Positions 26,340 through 38,833 of a stretch of DNA of 64,000 bases are shown here, piece by piece. Both the position numbers and the translations under genes were made by a program. Under the pieces are notes generated by a model. It was not told the DNA's origin, did no database searches, and was given only the letters and a program-made list of their open reading frames with translations. Position 1 is the first letter of the stretch. Each line of letters opens with the position of its first letter. The DNA is from Vicugna vicugna (taxonomy: Eukaryota): NCBI GenBank assembly GCA_013265495.1, contig MU057651.1:2272948-2336947 (forward strand), given 5' to 3'.

Positions 26340-27005
26340 TGCCCAGTCATCTATCAATGGACATTTAGGTTGTTTCCATGTCTTGCCTGTTGTAAATTAG
26401 TGCTGCTGTGAACATTGGGGTCCAGGTGTTTTTTGAGTTATTACAAAGATGTGGTATATATATATATATATATATAAAATACATATATTATTATTATTAA
26501 TGGAATATATAAAAAATATATATAATGGAATATTACTCAGCCATGAAAAAGAAAGAAATAATGCCATTTGCAGGAACATGAATGGACCTAGAGATGAACA
26601 TAATAAGTGAAGTTAAGTTAGACAGAGAATGATGAATACCCAATGATATCACTTAAATGTGGAATCTAAAAAATGACCCAAATTTTATTCACAAACCAAA
26701 AATAGACTCACGGACATAGAAGACCAACTATGGTAACCAAAGGGGAAAAAGGGTGAGGAGAGATAAATTAGGGGTTGGGGATTAACAGACACACGTTACT
26801 ATGTATAAAACAGATGAACAATGAAGACCTACTGTAGAGCACAGGGAATTATATTCAATTTCTTGTAATAACCTATAATGGAAAAGAATCTGAAATATAT
26901 ATATATACACATATACATATATATATATAAAGATATAAGTGAATCACTTTGCTGTACACCTGAAACTAACATTGTAAATCAACTACACTTAAATAAAAAA
27001 CAAAA
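26340..27005 (+). mobile_element. young L1 3' end with a short inverted 5' segment and an internal (TA)n expansion
   Basis: 26340-26440 is antisense L1 (CAGTCATCTATCAATGGACATTTAGGTTGTTTCCATGTC...). From ~26445 it is sense L1 3'UTR, ending GTAAATCAACTACACTTAAATAAAAAA. Confidence 0.88.
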
Positions 27006-27019
27006 TTATAGAAAAGGTA

Positions 27020-27755
27020 AACAATACCTTTGGCAAGGTTTCAGGGAAGTCGGAGCCATCACTGACTACAGGAGGGAAGGTAATGTGTGCAGCTGTTGTG
27101 GAAAATGGCCCGACAGTTCCTCAAACGGTCGGGCATGGAGTTATGATATGACCTGGCACCTCTGTCCCAGGTGCTCGGCCAAGAGCAATGAAAACGTATG
27201 TCCCACAAATGCTTGTACATGGATATTCATAGCAGCAGTACACACGAGAGCCAACAAGTGTCAACCACCCATGTGTCCATCAACCAATGACTGGATAAGC
27301 AAAATGTGGCAAATTAATAAAATGGAATAGTGTGTGGCAATAAGAGGGGGGAAGGGGGAATGACATGCATGACATGCGTGAACCTGAGTGAGTGGGCCTC
27401 GTCTAATAAGTCGAAGGCCTGACATGCATGAACCGCAAAAACTAAGTCTTGCTAAGTTAAAGTAGCCAGACACAAAAGTCCACTTTTTAAAATAAAATGT
27501 GCAGAATAAGCAAATTTGTAGAAACATGAAGTAGAAGACGGGTGGCTAGGGGCCGGGGAGGAGGGAGCTGGGGTGCGGGTGTAGTGTTTACAGCAGGTGC
27601 AAAGTTTCTTTGGGAGGTGAGAACATATTTTTAACATAGATCATGGTGATGGTTGCACAGTTTGGTGACTCTACTTTAGAAAACCCAGTGAACTGTACAA
27701 TTTAAATGGATGACTTTTGTGGTATGGGATTGTATCTCCACGAAGCTGTCACAAA
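27020..27755 (+). mobile_element. old L1M 3' end
   Basis: CTTGTACATGGATATTCATAGCAGC...ATGTGTCCATCAACCAATGACTGGATAAGCAAAATGTGG...GGTGATGGTTGCACA...GTATGGGATTGTATCTCCACGAAGCTG. Confidence 0.85.
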
Positions 27756-28149
27756 TTTAAGTAGAGAAGAAAAGAAAACAGTGGTGCCTCTTTGTGACCC
27801 GGGCAATGGGGCAGATCTGTTTATTGAGACAGGAAGGCCGTTGGCGGGGCGGAGCGGAGAGGGAAGAGTTCTGCCGTGACCCTGATAAGACGAAGACGCC
27901 CAGGAGTCATCCTCAAAGACAGGCCAAGTGTGGGGGGCTGACTGGAAGGGCTGGAACAGAGAGCACGAGGCACAGCACTGCTGGATCACCAGGAACCACC
28001 CTGTGGGGAGCTTTGCTGGAAAACCAGGGGGAAAGGGGCCAGGAGTGGGAGGGGGATATGGGTCCCAGAGAAGGACTTTTTTTCCCTTCCCCTTTTAAGA
28101 TGTGAGATCCTAAAGCATGGGTGTACATGGATGTCTATGATCTAACAGG

Positions 28150-28385
28150 CAGGTAGTCTGGAGGCAGGATTTCTTCCTCTTCAGGGGAGCTCAGTCCTGG
28201 CTCTTAAGGCCTTCCACTGATTAGACGAGGCCCACCCACTCAGGTGTTTTACTTAGGGTCTGCCGATTAAAATGTGACTCTCACCCAAAGACCAAGCAGA
28301 CAAAGAAAATCCCTTCTCAGCAGCATCCAGAGTGGTGTTTGCCCAACAACTAGGCACAGAAGCTGAGCCAGGTTGACACTATCAG
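28150..28385 (-). mobile_element. ERVL LTR fragment (MLT2-like)
   Basis: AAGGCCTTCCACTGATTAGACGAGGCCCACCCAC...GATTAAAATGTGACTCTCA...GGTGTTTGCCCAA...AGCCAGGTTGACAC matches the antisense MLT2 5' part. Confidence 0.8.
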
Positions 28386-28694
28386 CCCAAGTGGCGAGGT
28401 AAGCACTCAATTTCTAAGTGAGTCCAGGCAGTTAATGTGGGTGGACATGTCAGTTTGTTGGGGCCATGCTCCTAATCTCCAATATGGGGTAGATTCCAGC
28501 CGCAGAGAATCTGCAGTGCTCTGGCTGGTCCTCCTTCCCCCTGTGGACTTCGGCCACACAATCCCACCTCTCCGTCTTTCAGGGCTCCCCTCGGGCCTCG
28601 AAGTGTCTCTGTGTTTTCTGATTCCCATCGCTCTTCCTGGGTCATGCCCTTAATCTTTTCTTTCCCAGCATCATATACAGATAGACCTTAAACA

Positions 28695-28828
28695 GGGAGG
28701 GTGGAGCTCAGTGGTGGAGCATGTGCTTAGCATGCACGAGGTCCTGGGTTCAATCCCCAGTAGCTCCATTAAAACAGTAATTAAATAAACAAATCTAATT
28801 ACCTCCCTCCCCCCAAATAAATAAATAA
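28695..28828 (+). mobile_element. Vic-1-type camelid SINE
   Basis: GGGAGGGTGGAGCTCAGTGGTGGAGCATGTGCTTAGCATGCACGAGGTCCTGGGTTCAATCCCCAGT, TAATTACCTCC linker and (TAAA)n tail. TSD ATAGACCTTAAAC 28681-28693 / ATAGACTTTAGAC 28829-28841. Confidence 0.92.
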
Positions 28829-29699
28829 ATAGACTTTAGACTTGGGACATTTTGACACCTGATCTACAGTAAGTTCCCTCTAGAATAAGTGTTCCCCGCC
28901 CGTCCCCAGTCTCCCTGCACTTCGCAGCATCCTTGGAGCAGGATCCAGCTCAGTGCCATCTTCCAAGCTGCTCCCCGGGGAGCCTTCGCTCCCTCAGGTC
29001 CATCCTGATGGGGGCTGTCAACTCTTGTCACCCCCTCCAGGTTCCTGGAAGTGTCCAGTCTGCGCTCGGTGAGCTCACCGTCAAAGCTTATCGGACTGAG
29101 CCTCACATCACAGCTAAAGCCGAGGCTGTCATGTCTAACGACCCTCCCCAGGTCTGTGAGGAATGATGGGGATTAAGGTGTAGAAAAAACACAAAGCCGA
29201 CGTCAGCGCTCCTGCGCCTGGGCTCGCTCAGTCTGGTCGCCTTCATCTCTCTCCTGATCCCAGCACAGCGGCCGTGTGGCTGGGGCTCACTCTGCCTTCC
29301 CCAGCGGTGCCCCCCCAAGCCCCGTCTCCATCTTTGCCCCCATCCAAAGCTTTAGAACTGGAAGAAACAGACAACTTATTTGCATCACCGCCACCCGGGC
29401 AGAAAAGCACTCTGCCTCTTGCAAAGTCGACTCCTCTTAAGTGTTTTTCTTAGTCCACAGCAACCTCGCCACCGGAAAGCTCATCGAACTCTTTTGCACC
29501 CCAGATCAGAGGGAGAAGGCCCCCCAAGACGGATGTAGACCCCCAGAAACTGATGCCCACTTAAAAACGGCGTATTCATTCCCAGCCCAGTGAGATGCCA
29601 GGCCTGTGGGTTGTGCTCTGAGCGCAGGAGGAGCTCAGGGTCTACAGGAAGCTTGCAGCCCGTGCAGGAGGCCCCGGGAGGCTCCCAGGGGCCGCGCCC

Positions 29700-30300
29700 C
29701 GCGGGGATGACTCACAGCATCAAGCCAGACCCGGTGGGTGACAGAGGCCGGGCTGCTGTGACTCACCACCCACCCGCCGTGGGCACTGGGCGCCCCTTGC
29801 CCTGCTGGGTGGGAGGATGGAAACGGGCCATGACTAATGGAGGGGCTGCCACCAGCCTCGACATCTAGTTTTCCAGAGAAAAGTGATGTTTTGACTCCGA
29901 TTTCTCTTCCAGCTCAGAATGCTGCTGCCAGATATGTAAATTGAGTTTGAAAACCTTACGTATAATTTCCAAACTGCTGGGAACACATTTGAATCACTGG
30001 CGACGAAACCCAGAGGGCAAGGGTCTCCTGCACCTTCGTGATGAGCAGTGTTGTACGAGTCACTCAAAGATTTCCCACTATTTAACTTTCCAAAGGGACA
30101 GAATAGGATTAACAGGTTCACAGCTATGAAAATGGATTTTAAGGAGGGGAAAAAATTGAGCTGGAATTTTCTTTCTTGATTTAATGAGTCTCCACCAGCA
30201 AATATAATCACAGCTTTGCCACCAGTAAAGCTAAGTGCATCGATGCAGATTTCCAGTATAAAATGATTGCTCCGCTTGTTCAAGTCTGTCCATTGCCAGG
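29700..30300. promoter_or_regulatory. putative enhancer (AP-1 cluster plus adjacent AT-rich unique block)
   Basis: TGACTCA at 29708 and 29759, TGACTAA at 29831. Downstream unique block contains TAAT cores and the palindrome TGCATCGATGCA at 30236-30247. Confidence 0.4.
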
Positions 30301-30530
30301 CTCTTCCCCACAACAGGTGTCAAGTGAAAAGATAGTGCTCTGGACTCTGGTCCTCTTTCCTTAGCTTTCCATCCTGTCCCGGCCGGAAGCCACCTGCTAT
30401 TTGCTGAACATGGTAAACACTCAGAAAGACTCATTACACACACGAATGAGTAATGGCTGGTTTGAGCTGGCGTTCAAAGGACACAGTCTCGCTTGCCTCT
30501 GCTTTATATGGGATGCCAAACTTCTCTCTT

Positions 30531-31299
30531 TTTTTCCCATTTATTAAATTGCATATAGTCAGTTTAAAACGCTGTGTCAATTTCTGGCGCACAGCGTCAT
30601 GTCTCAGTCATACATACACATACATACATTCCTTTTCACATTCTTTTCCATTATAGGTTATTACAAGGCATTGAATATAGTTCCCTGTGCTGTGCAGTAG
30701 GACCTTGTTGTTTATCTGTCTTATATATAGTAGTTACTATCTGCAAATCTGAGACTCCCAATTTATCCCTGTTCACCCCCATCTTACTGGTAACTATAAG
30801 TTTGTTTTCTATGCCTGTGAGTCTGTTTCTGTTTTGTAGATAAGTTCATTTGTGGGTTTTTTTCCCCTTAGATTCCACACGTAAGTGATCTCATATGGTA
30901 TCTTTCTTTCTCTTCCTGGCTTCACTTAGTATGATGATCTCCAGGTCCATCCATGTTGCTGCAAATGGCATGATTTTATCTTTTTCATGGCTGAGTAGTA
31001 TTCCACTGTATAAATATACCACATCTTCTTTATCCAGTCATCTGTCGACAGACATTTACATTATTTCCATGTCTTGGCTGTTGTAAATGGTGCTGCTGTG
31101 AACATTGAGGTGCATGTATCTTTTTGAATTAAGGTTTCCTCTGGATATATGCCCAGGAGTGGGGTGGCTGGATCACAGGGTAAGTCTATTTTTAGTGTTT
31201 TAAAGAAACTCCATGCTGTTTTCCATAACAACTGCACCAAACTGCATTCCCAACAGTGTAAGAGGGCTCACTTTTCCCCACATGCTCTCCAGCATTTGT
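30531..31299 (-). mobile_element. young L1 3' end (ORF2 C-terminus and 3'UTR)
   Basis: Antisense L1 3'UTR and ORF2 end. Degenerate TSD TGCCAAACTTCTCTCTT (~30514-30530) / TGTCAAACTTATTTCTT (~31300-31316), followed by AA, an endonuclease-type site. Confidence 0.92.
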
Positions 31300-32689
31300 T
31301 GTCAAACTTATTTCTTAAAGACAGTGAGCGTCTTTTGTCTGGTCCACTGTGTGGACCTTCGCCCCAGTCCTGTAGGAACCCCCATCTTAACCAGAGAGGC
31401 CTCCTCCCCGCCTCTGAACTGCCCAGCTCGTCTCTAGCCCATCGTGTTTGCCTCAGGGCTCCCCCAGCCTCAAAGCTCAAGCGTTCAAATCTTGACGTCT
31501 CAAAATCACTCATTTTCTGCTTCGAGTGCACCTTGTCAGTCCCCTTCGATTTGCATAGACCTTTTCCTTTCACTGTTTGGCTGATTTTTCATGTAATCCT
31601 CTGCCGAGCTCCCGGAAGCGTCATCACAGTGCTGGGCATTAGGGGTTCGTGACCTCCTTTAGGTGAAATGAGACATGCGGGCAGCTCTCTGACGGATGCC
31701 TCGGGCAGGCTGGCAGGATGTGGACGTGTGAGGCCACAGGAGGAGGAAGAGGGAGGGGCCGGGGAGGTGCAGGTCTGTCCAGGTGCAGAGAGGAGCAGAG
31801 ACGTGGCAGGCGGGCTCTCATGGGGGCCAAGGGACTCCTGGACTCAGTGCCACATGCATGCTTTCTGTTTAATGAGGGAACCTAAACGTTCACCTCTTAT
31901 AGTAAGAGCTCAAAACTTTCTTCTGAAGCAAAGGGGTAATGAAAAAAGTGTCATTTTTGGAACTATGTGTGTTGAGGTCTGATGACTATGAGCTGGGTGA
32001 TGCTGGATCTGTTAAGGTCTTCAGGGCTGAGGTGGAAATACAATGCCCGTTTTGCAGGGTGTTGTGTGTGTGTGAAATGGGAGGATGTGTCAAGAGCCCA
32101 CAGGGTGCCATTAAATCTCTCCGCCCAGCCCTCTGCACGGCCCATGTCACTGGGGAACGAAGGCCAGGTTTTGTCCAGATAAGCCAGCAGGGAGGCCAGA
32201 TGTCATTTCTGAGGTTTTTATTTAACTGAGTGGAACTTTTTTTGCAGGAAAAGAAGGTGAAAATTTCCCAAGGGGTTTCTACAAGATTTCCAGTGCTTCC
32301 TAAATTAGCCCTAACCAGTAAAACCACGAGCAAAGGCTTCCTGGCAGGGCCTGGCATTTCCATTTCCAGTCCCAACCGAAAGCAGGAAACACTGAGACAA
32401 GTCATAATTCACATCTTCAGTTGGCTTCCAAAATTATCCGCCTTCGGGTCCCGGGGCATTTGCGCCAAAGCTCAGAAGTCACTCTGATTGCGTCTTTTCC
32501 AGGTTATCGGCTTGTTTTTGACCAAAACCAATTGCAGGTTCCCTTCGAGCGAATGGGAATGTTTCTCCATCTTCGTCATCCCAGCTGAGCAGAGCTCCCT
32601 GTGCTGGGATGGCTCCTGCTCAGCGTTGGCAGGGCCGCGCTGAGCCTGACCGTGTCACGTGAACCCGGGCAGGAAGGAAAGGAAAGTGT

Positions 32690-32820
32690 GCCCTTTGGAC
32701 TCAGAACACCTGAGTACAGCTCTGCCCTTGACGAGCTGTGGGACCTTAAGCAAGTTGTTTGAATTTTCAAGTCTTGGTTTCCTATTCTATAAAACAAAGA
32801 AACCCCACATCCTTTAAGAT
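32690..32820 (+). mobile_element. MIR SINE fragment
   Basis: CTTTGGACTCAGAACACCTG...GAGCTGTGGGACCTTAAGCAAGTTGTTTGAA...GGTTTCCTATTCTATAAAA. Confidence 0.75.
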
Positions 32821-32829
32821 GACTTCTGC

Positions 32830-33980
32830 TTAAAAAAAAAGAGAGAGAACAAGTGTTGAGGACGATGTGGGGATGTTGGAATCCTTCCATTGTGAGCGGG
32901 AATGTAATATGGGGCAGCTGCCGTGAAAACCGGTGGTCCCTCAGAAGACTGAACAGAATTACACGCGATCAAGGAACGCCACTTCTAAATATCATTCAGC
33001 CACAAAGAAGAATGAAATCGTGCCATGTGCAGGCACACGGACGGACCTAGAGATGGTCATATTAAATGAAGTAAGTCAGACAGAGGAAGACAAATACCAT
33101 ATGATGTCACTAAAAAAAATGATACAAATGAACTTATTTGCAGACCAGAAATAGACTCACAGACACAGAGAGCAAACGATGGTTACCAAAGGGGAGAGTG
33201 GGGAGGAGGGGAGGGATAAATGGGAAGTCAGGGATTAACAGGCACACACTATTGTGTATAAAAGAGATAAACAACAAGGACCTACTGTACAGCACAGGGA
33301 ACTACATTCGATTTCTTGTCATAACACGTAATAGAAAAGAATTTAAAAAGAAAATATGTGCATGTAGATCTATGTATAACCGAATCACTTTGCTGTACAT
33401 CTGAAACTAACATTGTAAATCAGCTACGTTTCAATAAAAAATAAAATTAAAAAAAAAGGAAAAACCACTTCTGGATATATATTCCAAAGAATTGGAAGGA
33501 GAACCTAAAAATTTCTGTACACTCGTATTCTTGGCAGCATAACTCACAGTAACTGAAATGTAGAAATAACCCAAGTGTCCACTGATGGATGAATAGATAA
33601 ACGTGGTGTATATGATGAAATATTATGCAGCCTTAAAAAAGGAAGGGAATTCTGACATGTGCTACGACATGGGTGAACCCTGAGGACGTTATGCTCAGAG
33701 AAACGTCAGTCACAAACAAATATCGTACGATCACATCCTATTTAGCAGATACAGTGGTCAAATTCATAGAGACTGGAAGCAGAATGGGGGTCCTAGGGGC
33801 TGGGGAATGGATAACGGATAATGGGAAAGGGGTGTTAGTGTTTCGGTTTGGGGAAAATAGTCCTGGAGACGGAGGGTGGTGATGTTGGCACAACAAGGTG
33901 AATGCACGTAATCCCACAGAACTGTACACTTACAAACGATTCAATGCCAATTTTCTATGTATTTTAACACAATTAAACAT
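32830..33980 (+). mobile_element. old L1MB-like 3' end interrupted by a younger L1
   Basis: AACAAGTGTTGAGGACGATGTGG...ACAGAATTAC...CCACTTCT resumes at ~33465 (CCACTTCTGGATATATATTCCAAAGAATTG) and ends TATGTATTTTAACACAATTAAA. Confidence 0.85.
32987..33455 (+). mobile_element. young L1 3' end nested in older L1
   Basis: Sense 3'UTR ending CAATAAAAAATAAAATTAAAAAAAAA. Approximate TSD AAGGAACGCCACTTCT (32971-32986) / AAGGAAAAACCACTTCT (33456-33472). Confidence 0.88.
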
Positions 33981-34699
33981 TTTTAATGGGGAAGCTCCTT
34001 TTTTTTGTCTTTTACCCATAAACAGCGTTCAACCATTACAGTTCTCAGCTATCACAAATCCACTTAGAACTCAATCTTAGGGTCCAGGGAAAGCACACAC
34101 ATCCAAAGGTGGTCATGGGACTTGCCCCCGGGCTGATGTGGCAAATTTCAGTGTATAGAAAACTCTGGCTCTGTCTTTAGGGCATGAACCTTCTTCTCTG
34201 GGTGGTCATTCCAGCCTCTGGACACCAGGACACGCAGAGTTTCTGGCTTCTCTGTGAGTGATGCTCAGGTCTGGAGACCAGATCCCCTCCCACGCCGAGC
34301 CCCTTCGCACAGAATCTTACAGATCGTATTGCCAGGATAGACGCCCTCGCCGGCCACTTTTCCCCAGCTATTTCTTTACGTTGTGCAATTATTTCTCCCC
34401 TTCTTGGCTTTATTTGAATGATTCTGCCTCCTGCAATTCTTTGATCAAAGAAAACTCAGAAGGTAGAGTGAGGAGTGTTTCCATCTTTATCAGATAGATT
34501 GCGTGAAGGATGGGGAGCCGGACGGCCGGGTTGCACATGGTGCAAACAAAAGAAAGGGCAGTCCCAGGACAGGGAACACCCTTTTGAGTAAAGACGTGGG
34601 ATGACAGGGTTCCCAGATCATTGCTACTGAGTCAATGGCTCCATTTACCTTTGCAAAAGAAAAAAAAAATGTTAGGACCTTTTGAGGCCCACATACTGT

Positions 34700-34910
34700 C
34701 TTATAAAATTGTTTGTATCTGCTAAGCCCAAACTCCTGGTCTACCCCTCCCACCCCCTTCCCTCCCTGGTAACTGTAAGTTTGTTTTCTATGTCTCCCAG
34801 TCTGCTGTTGTTTTGTAAATAACTTTATTTGTGTCATTTTTTTAAGATTCCACATATAAGTGACATCATATGACATCTGCCTTTCTCCGTCGGAGTCACT
34901 CCACTCACTG
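34700..34910 (-). mobile_element. L1 3'UTR fragment
   Basis: GTTTGTATCTGCTAAGCCCAAACTCCT...GGTAACTGTAAGTTTGTTTTCTATGTCT...AGATTCCACATATAAGTGACATCATATG. Confidence 0.85.
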
Positions 34911-35409
34911 CGGTACTTGGGCCAAAATGAAGTCATTTAAAAATTGCAAATCAAAACAGTAGGCCCGAGGCAACTTGGACGGACCTACAGTTTTAATAAA
35001 TGGGTTTAAAATGTCTTTGTTTTGGTCTAAATGCAGTCAGTGCAGTTGGAGGCAGGGGCCGAGCTCAGGGCAGATCACCCGCCCCTTCCGACCCGGAGCT
35101 GCTCTGACCTCGGGTCCAGGCTCTGAGTATGGTGGGGAGGGTGTGCCGTGATGTGTTTCTCTGCTCCTCCTGGAGAATTCTGGGTGCAGACAACTGGACG
35201 CTGGTGCCCGCAAAAGCAAGGCCGCTCCCCCAGAAAGCTGTCTTGGTGTGGAAAGTGCATGTCTGGGCTGGGGTGGGGGGCCGGGGGGATAATCACAGGG
35301 CGTGGGGCTGGAGAATGCTGTCCCTCCCAAGCTGAGGTTGGGGATGGATGGTACCCATGTTAAAACAAGGATTAACCCTGAGAGGGCCCAGCCTGCAAGG
35401 CGGGCCCAC

Positions 35410-35427
35410 GGCCAGCAGGGGGCAGTC
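35410..35427 (+). promoter_or_regulatory. candidate CTCF-binding motif
   Basis: GGCCAGCAGGGGGCAGTC matches the CTCF core CCRSYAGRKGGCRS with no mismatch. Confidence 0.45.
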
Positions 35428-36840
35428 GGGACTGGGTCCTGGCACCAGCCAATCAGAGCGCACAGGTGGACCCGGAGCCCAGTCTGGGTGAGCAACTGAG
35501 GTCGGATGCTGTGAAGGACCGCCGGTGTCCCCAAGTCAGCGGGCGACAGTCCAGCATCTCTGCACTCTCGGGGGGTTGAGGGGTGTCCCACGGCCATCTC
35601 AGTCCTGCATTTGGGGGGCAGGTCTGCAGGGGCATCATCCCCGTTCAAAGGGACAATGGGGGTTGGAGGGACCGGGCCAGGAAGGAGGCAGGCGCTGATG
35701 GAAAATGTGACTCGTGTGCCCTGTGCTGTGTTCAAAGCCCTGGTGACTAACGTCTGCCTGCCCCAGGGGTGGGGAGGTGACTCCAGGTGGAGGCGGGGGC
35801 AGTCAGGTCAGCGGGGCATGGCGTGACCAGCCCATCTCGGTGACCCGCTCCTCCGGCCGCGCATCCCGCCTGCAAGCGAGGGCCTGGACCAAGACTGAGG
35901 ATGGAGAGCGAACAGGCTCAGATGGGCCCACGACAGCACCAGCCCCGCCTACGTGCCCACCCCCCCAAGTCGGAGCCCGGGCCCCCCGCAGCACCCAGTG
36001 GCATGTCTCTCCCCTCACACCGGCGTCCCCACTTAACTTGTCTCTCTGTCCCCTGGATGATGCTGGGAACGTCTGGGAACCGCCAGAAAGGTGCTTCTGT
36101 CTGTTTCTCGGGCTCATCCCATCCTGCAGAAGCAGGTGAGCCACGTGCGGAGGGAACGGTGGCATGTGGTGCCCAGGGTGGCCGGGCCTATGTCCTGAGC
36201 TCCGGGAGAGGCTGGGCACAAGCCCTGGGGCTCCAGGGAAGCCCGCGTTGGAAGAAAGAGGGGATGGTTGTTCACATCCAGGAGGCTCCGAGCACCCGGG
36301 GGCCACAGACAGGAGCCACTCCTGTTAAAAGGTCCCAAAGTTTAATTGTGGTACCTTAGCTGCCGCTGAGGGGTCCCACATGGACAGGCAACTGGCGAAC
36401 CTTACTGTGCATTTCTCTGAAGAAACTGTCTTTTTGAAGGGCTGGGATCTGTTTTTCAGGAACAAAACCTTTTCAGACATTTTCGCAGAATCTGAGAAAG
36501 GCTTTAAAGCAGAAAATTAAGGTGGTTTCCTGCCAAGGGGGAGAAGAAAATGGAATAAAGCCAGCTCTTTGCTTTGGCCACCATCATGTCTTTAAAAAAA
36601 TACTTTATAGATTGTGGCATTTTTCAATATCATCCCTAATTTGATGATTACAGAATAAAAAGCAGAAAACGTGTTTGTCCCAGAGCGCAGAGCTTTCAAA
36701 TGGCAGAGTTCGGGCTGGAATGCGGTGTCTCCAGTCCGACAGGCGGGGCAGCCGGCATGGGAGCGCGGATTCTGGACATCTCTGCTGGCCGACGGCCATA
36801 ACTCACTGCGTTTCCAACGAGACGGCAGGACAGGCCTTCC

Positions 36841-37197
36841 GTGAAGTGAGTCAGACCGAGAAAGACAGATGCCATATGATGTGACTTATACGTGGAATCT
36901 AAAACATGACAGACTTATTTACAGAAGAGAAACAGACTCACAAACAGAGAAAACAAACTTATGGTTACAGGAGCCGGGGAGAGGTGGAGGGGAGGGATAA
37001 ATTAGGAGTTTGGGATTTGCAGATACAAACTATCTTATATAAACATATAATAGGTCTAACTGTGTAGTGCAGGAAACCTCATTCAATGTCTTATAATAAC
37101 TTATGATGAAGAAGAAATATATCTATTACTGAACCTCTTTGCTGTACACCGGAAATCACACATTGTAAATTAACTATACTACAATTTAAAAAAAAAA
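36841..37197 (+). mobile_element. L1 3' end
   Basis: GTGAAGTGAGTCAGACCGAGAAAGACAGATGCCATATGATG...TTGTAAATTAACTATACTACAATTTAAAAAAAAAA. Confidence 0.9.
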
Positions 37198-37734
37198 TTG
37201 TTAGAAGCAGTTTTCGTCTCGACCTGCACGCTCTTTGCTGGGAAAGTCACTGCCATTTGCAGGTGACCCGGGCTGGGTGCCTGGCTGGTGTTCCCAGGTC
37301 GCTGGATCCACCGGGATCCACCTGCTGTCACTCCCTCTGCCTCACTGCTCCGGCTCTGCCTGCAGTCTACCGAGTTCAAATGTAACTCAGACATTTCCCC
37401 ACCTTCTTCGCTCATTGACCCCTGCCCCCTGGCCGCAGACCAGCCCTTCCGGAGGGCGGTCAGAGGTGGAGGCAGCTTCCAGGCCAGCCAGCCCAGCCTG
37501 ATGCCTTTTCAGATGGAGACGTGGGGCCTGGGATGGGGGGGGGAGTTGCTGTCTGGGTACCAGCCTCTTGCGAGCAGGAGATGTTACCAAGACACTTACA
37601 TCAGTCACACTTGACATCGAAGGAGCAGATAAATAAAACGATGCTGAAGAGTGTCGGAGAGGTGGGTCCAGAGGTCTCGTCTCCTAGCAACGTGTCTCCC
37701 TGACACCGCCCTGCCTCCCAGCAGCATCACAGTC

Positions 37735-37900
37735 TGCACTTACAGGGCTATTGCACGTGGCAGACGTTACTGTATTTCGCTTCCACGACACTCTGTGACA
37801 GAAATACTGCCCGCGTGACACTTGACTTTCCTACACTCAGAGAAGTGAAGTCACTTGCCCAAAGTCACACAGGACACGACGGAGCTGGCGTCGGGGTCTT
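37735..37900 (-). mobile_element. MIR SINE fragment
   Basis: CACTTACAGGGC...CACGACACTCTGTGACAG...CTCAGAGAAGTGAAGTCACTTGCCCAAAGTCACACAG. Confidence 0.7.
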
Positions 37901-38833
37901 TGCGCCTGCTAATTGTTGCCTCCTGCTCATGTAAGTGGAGTGTGCCCTGAACATCCGCGAGGCGTTGCACCAGCCACTGCGCCACAGGGGGAGCAGGTGG
38001 CGATGCCTTGTTTTCTCCAAACTTTCCCATCAGCGAGTGATTTCATTGGGTCAAATCGGAGTGTGTGTGTGCAAACCGACCGGGGAACTACGCAAATCTC
38101 TCCTTATCTGGGCGGTCTCTGCTGTGCAATAGCTCTGTCCCCAGCCCGAGCCGGAGGGGACACTCAGTGGCCTCACCAAGCAGCCCTTGTGCAACGCGCT
38201 GCATCAGAACCTACTTACCCAAGAGCAGCCCGGAGGAGTGTGCGGGCCGGAAGGCGGCGTGCTCCCAGCTCCCGGGGCGAGAAGCGCTTGATGGAGACAG
38301 GAGGTCACAGACTCCCCTGCTGCTCACCCCGGGGCGCTGGGGCGAGTCGCTTCAGCCCTGGGCCTCCTCGGGGTCCACTCTTTAAAGTGTCAAATACATT
38401 CCTGACCGTCCCTCTGCGTAAGTGAGTGTCAAATGTGCTGGAGCTACTTCACCAGGGGCACAGGGATGGAGCATAATCCCCAGTCACACCAGTGTGTCTG
38501 CCTGTGTCCTGCCATGCATGGGGCATCACAGCCCCAGAGATGGAGCTGGGGGCCCGCTGCCCCCGGGAATCAGCGCGACCTGTTGTCTGTTTCATGTCTG
38601 TTCTGTCCATCCCTTCCCCCAACCCCCAAAGCCCACTTGTAAGCTCCTGTTTTGTGTCATTAGAAACAATGTGCACATATTATAAGAAACACCTATGTGC
38701 AATGTAGGTTTCGAGTATTTGTGGCATCTCTGTTTGTGAAACGGGCACAACAGTGCCCAGATCACGGGGTGTGGTGGAGAGTGAGTGAGTTTGTAAAGGA
38801 GCAGACAAACTGTGTTTCATCACAAAAGGTGGC

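Noticed and set aside
28695..28770. tRNA-like sequence with A and B boxes (also in the other five copies)
   Set aside because: SINE heads with A-rich tails and TSDs, not tRNA genes.
34322..34431. Minus-strand exon-like segment with an open frame (GRIIQIKPRRGEIIAQRK...)
   Set aside because: Weak pyrimidine tract with an upstream competing AG; peptide not recognised.
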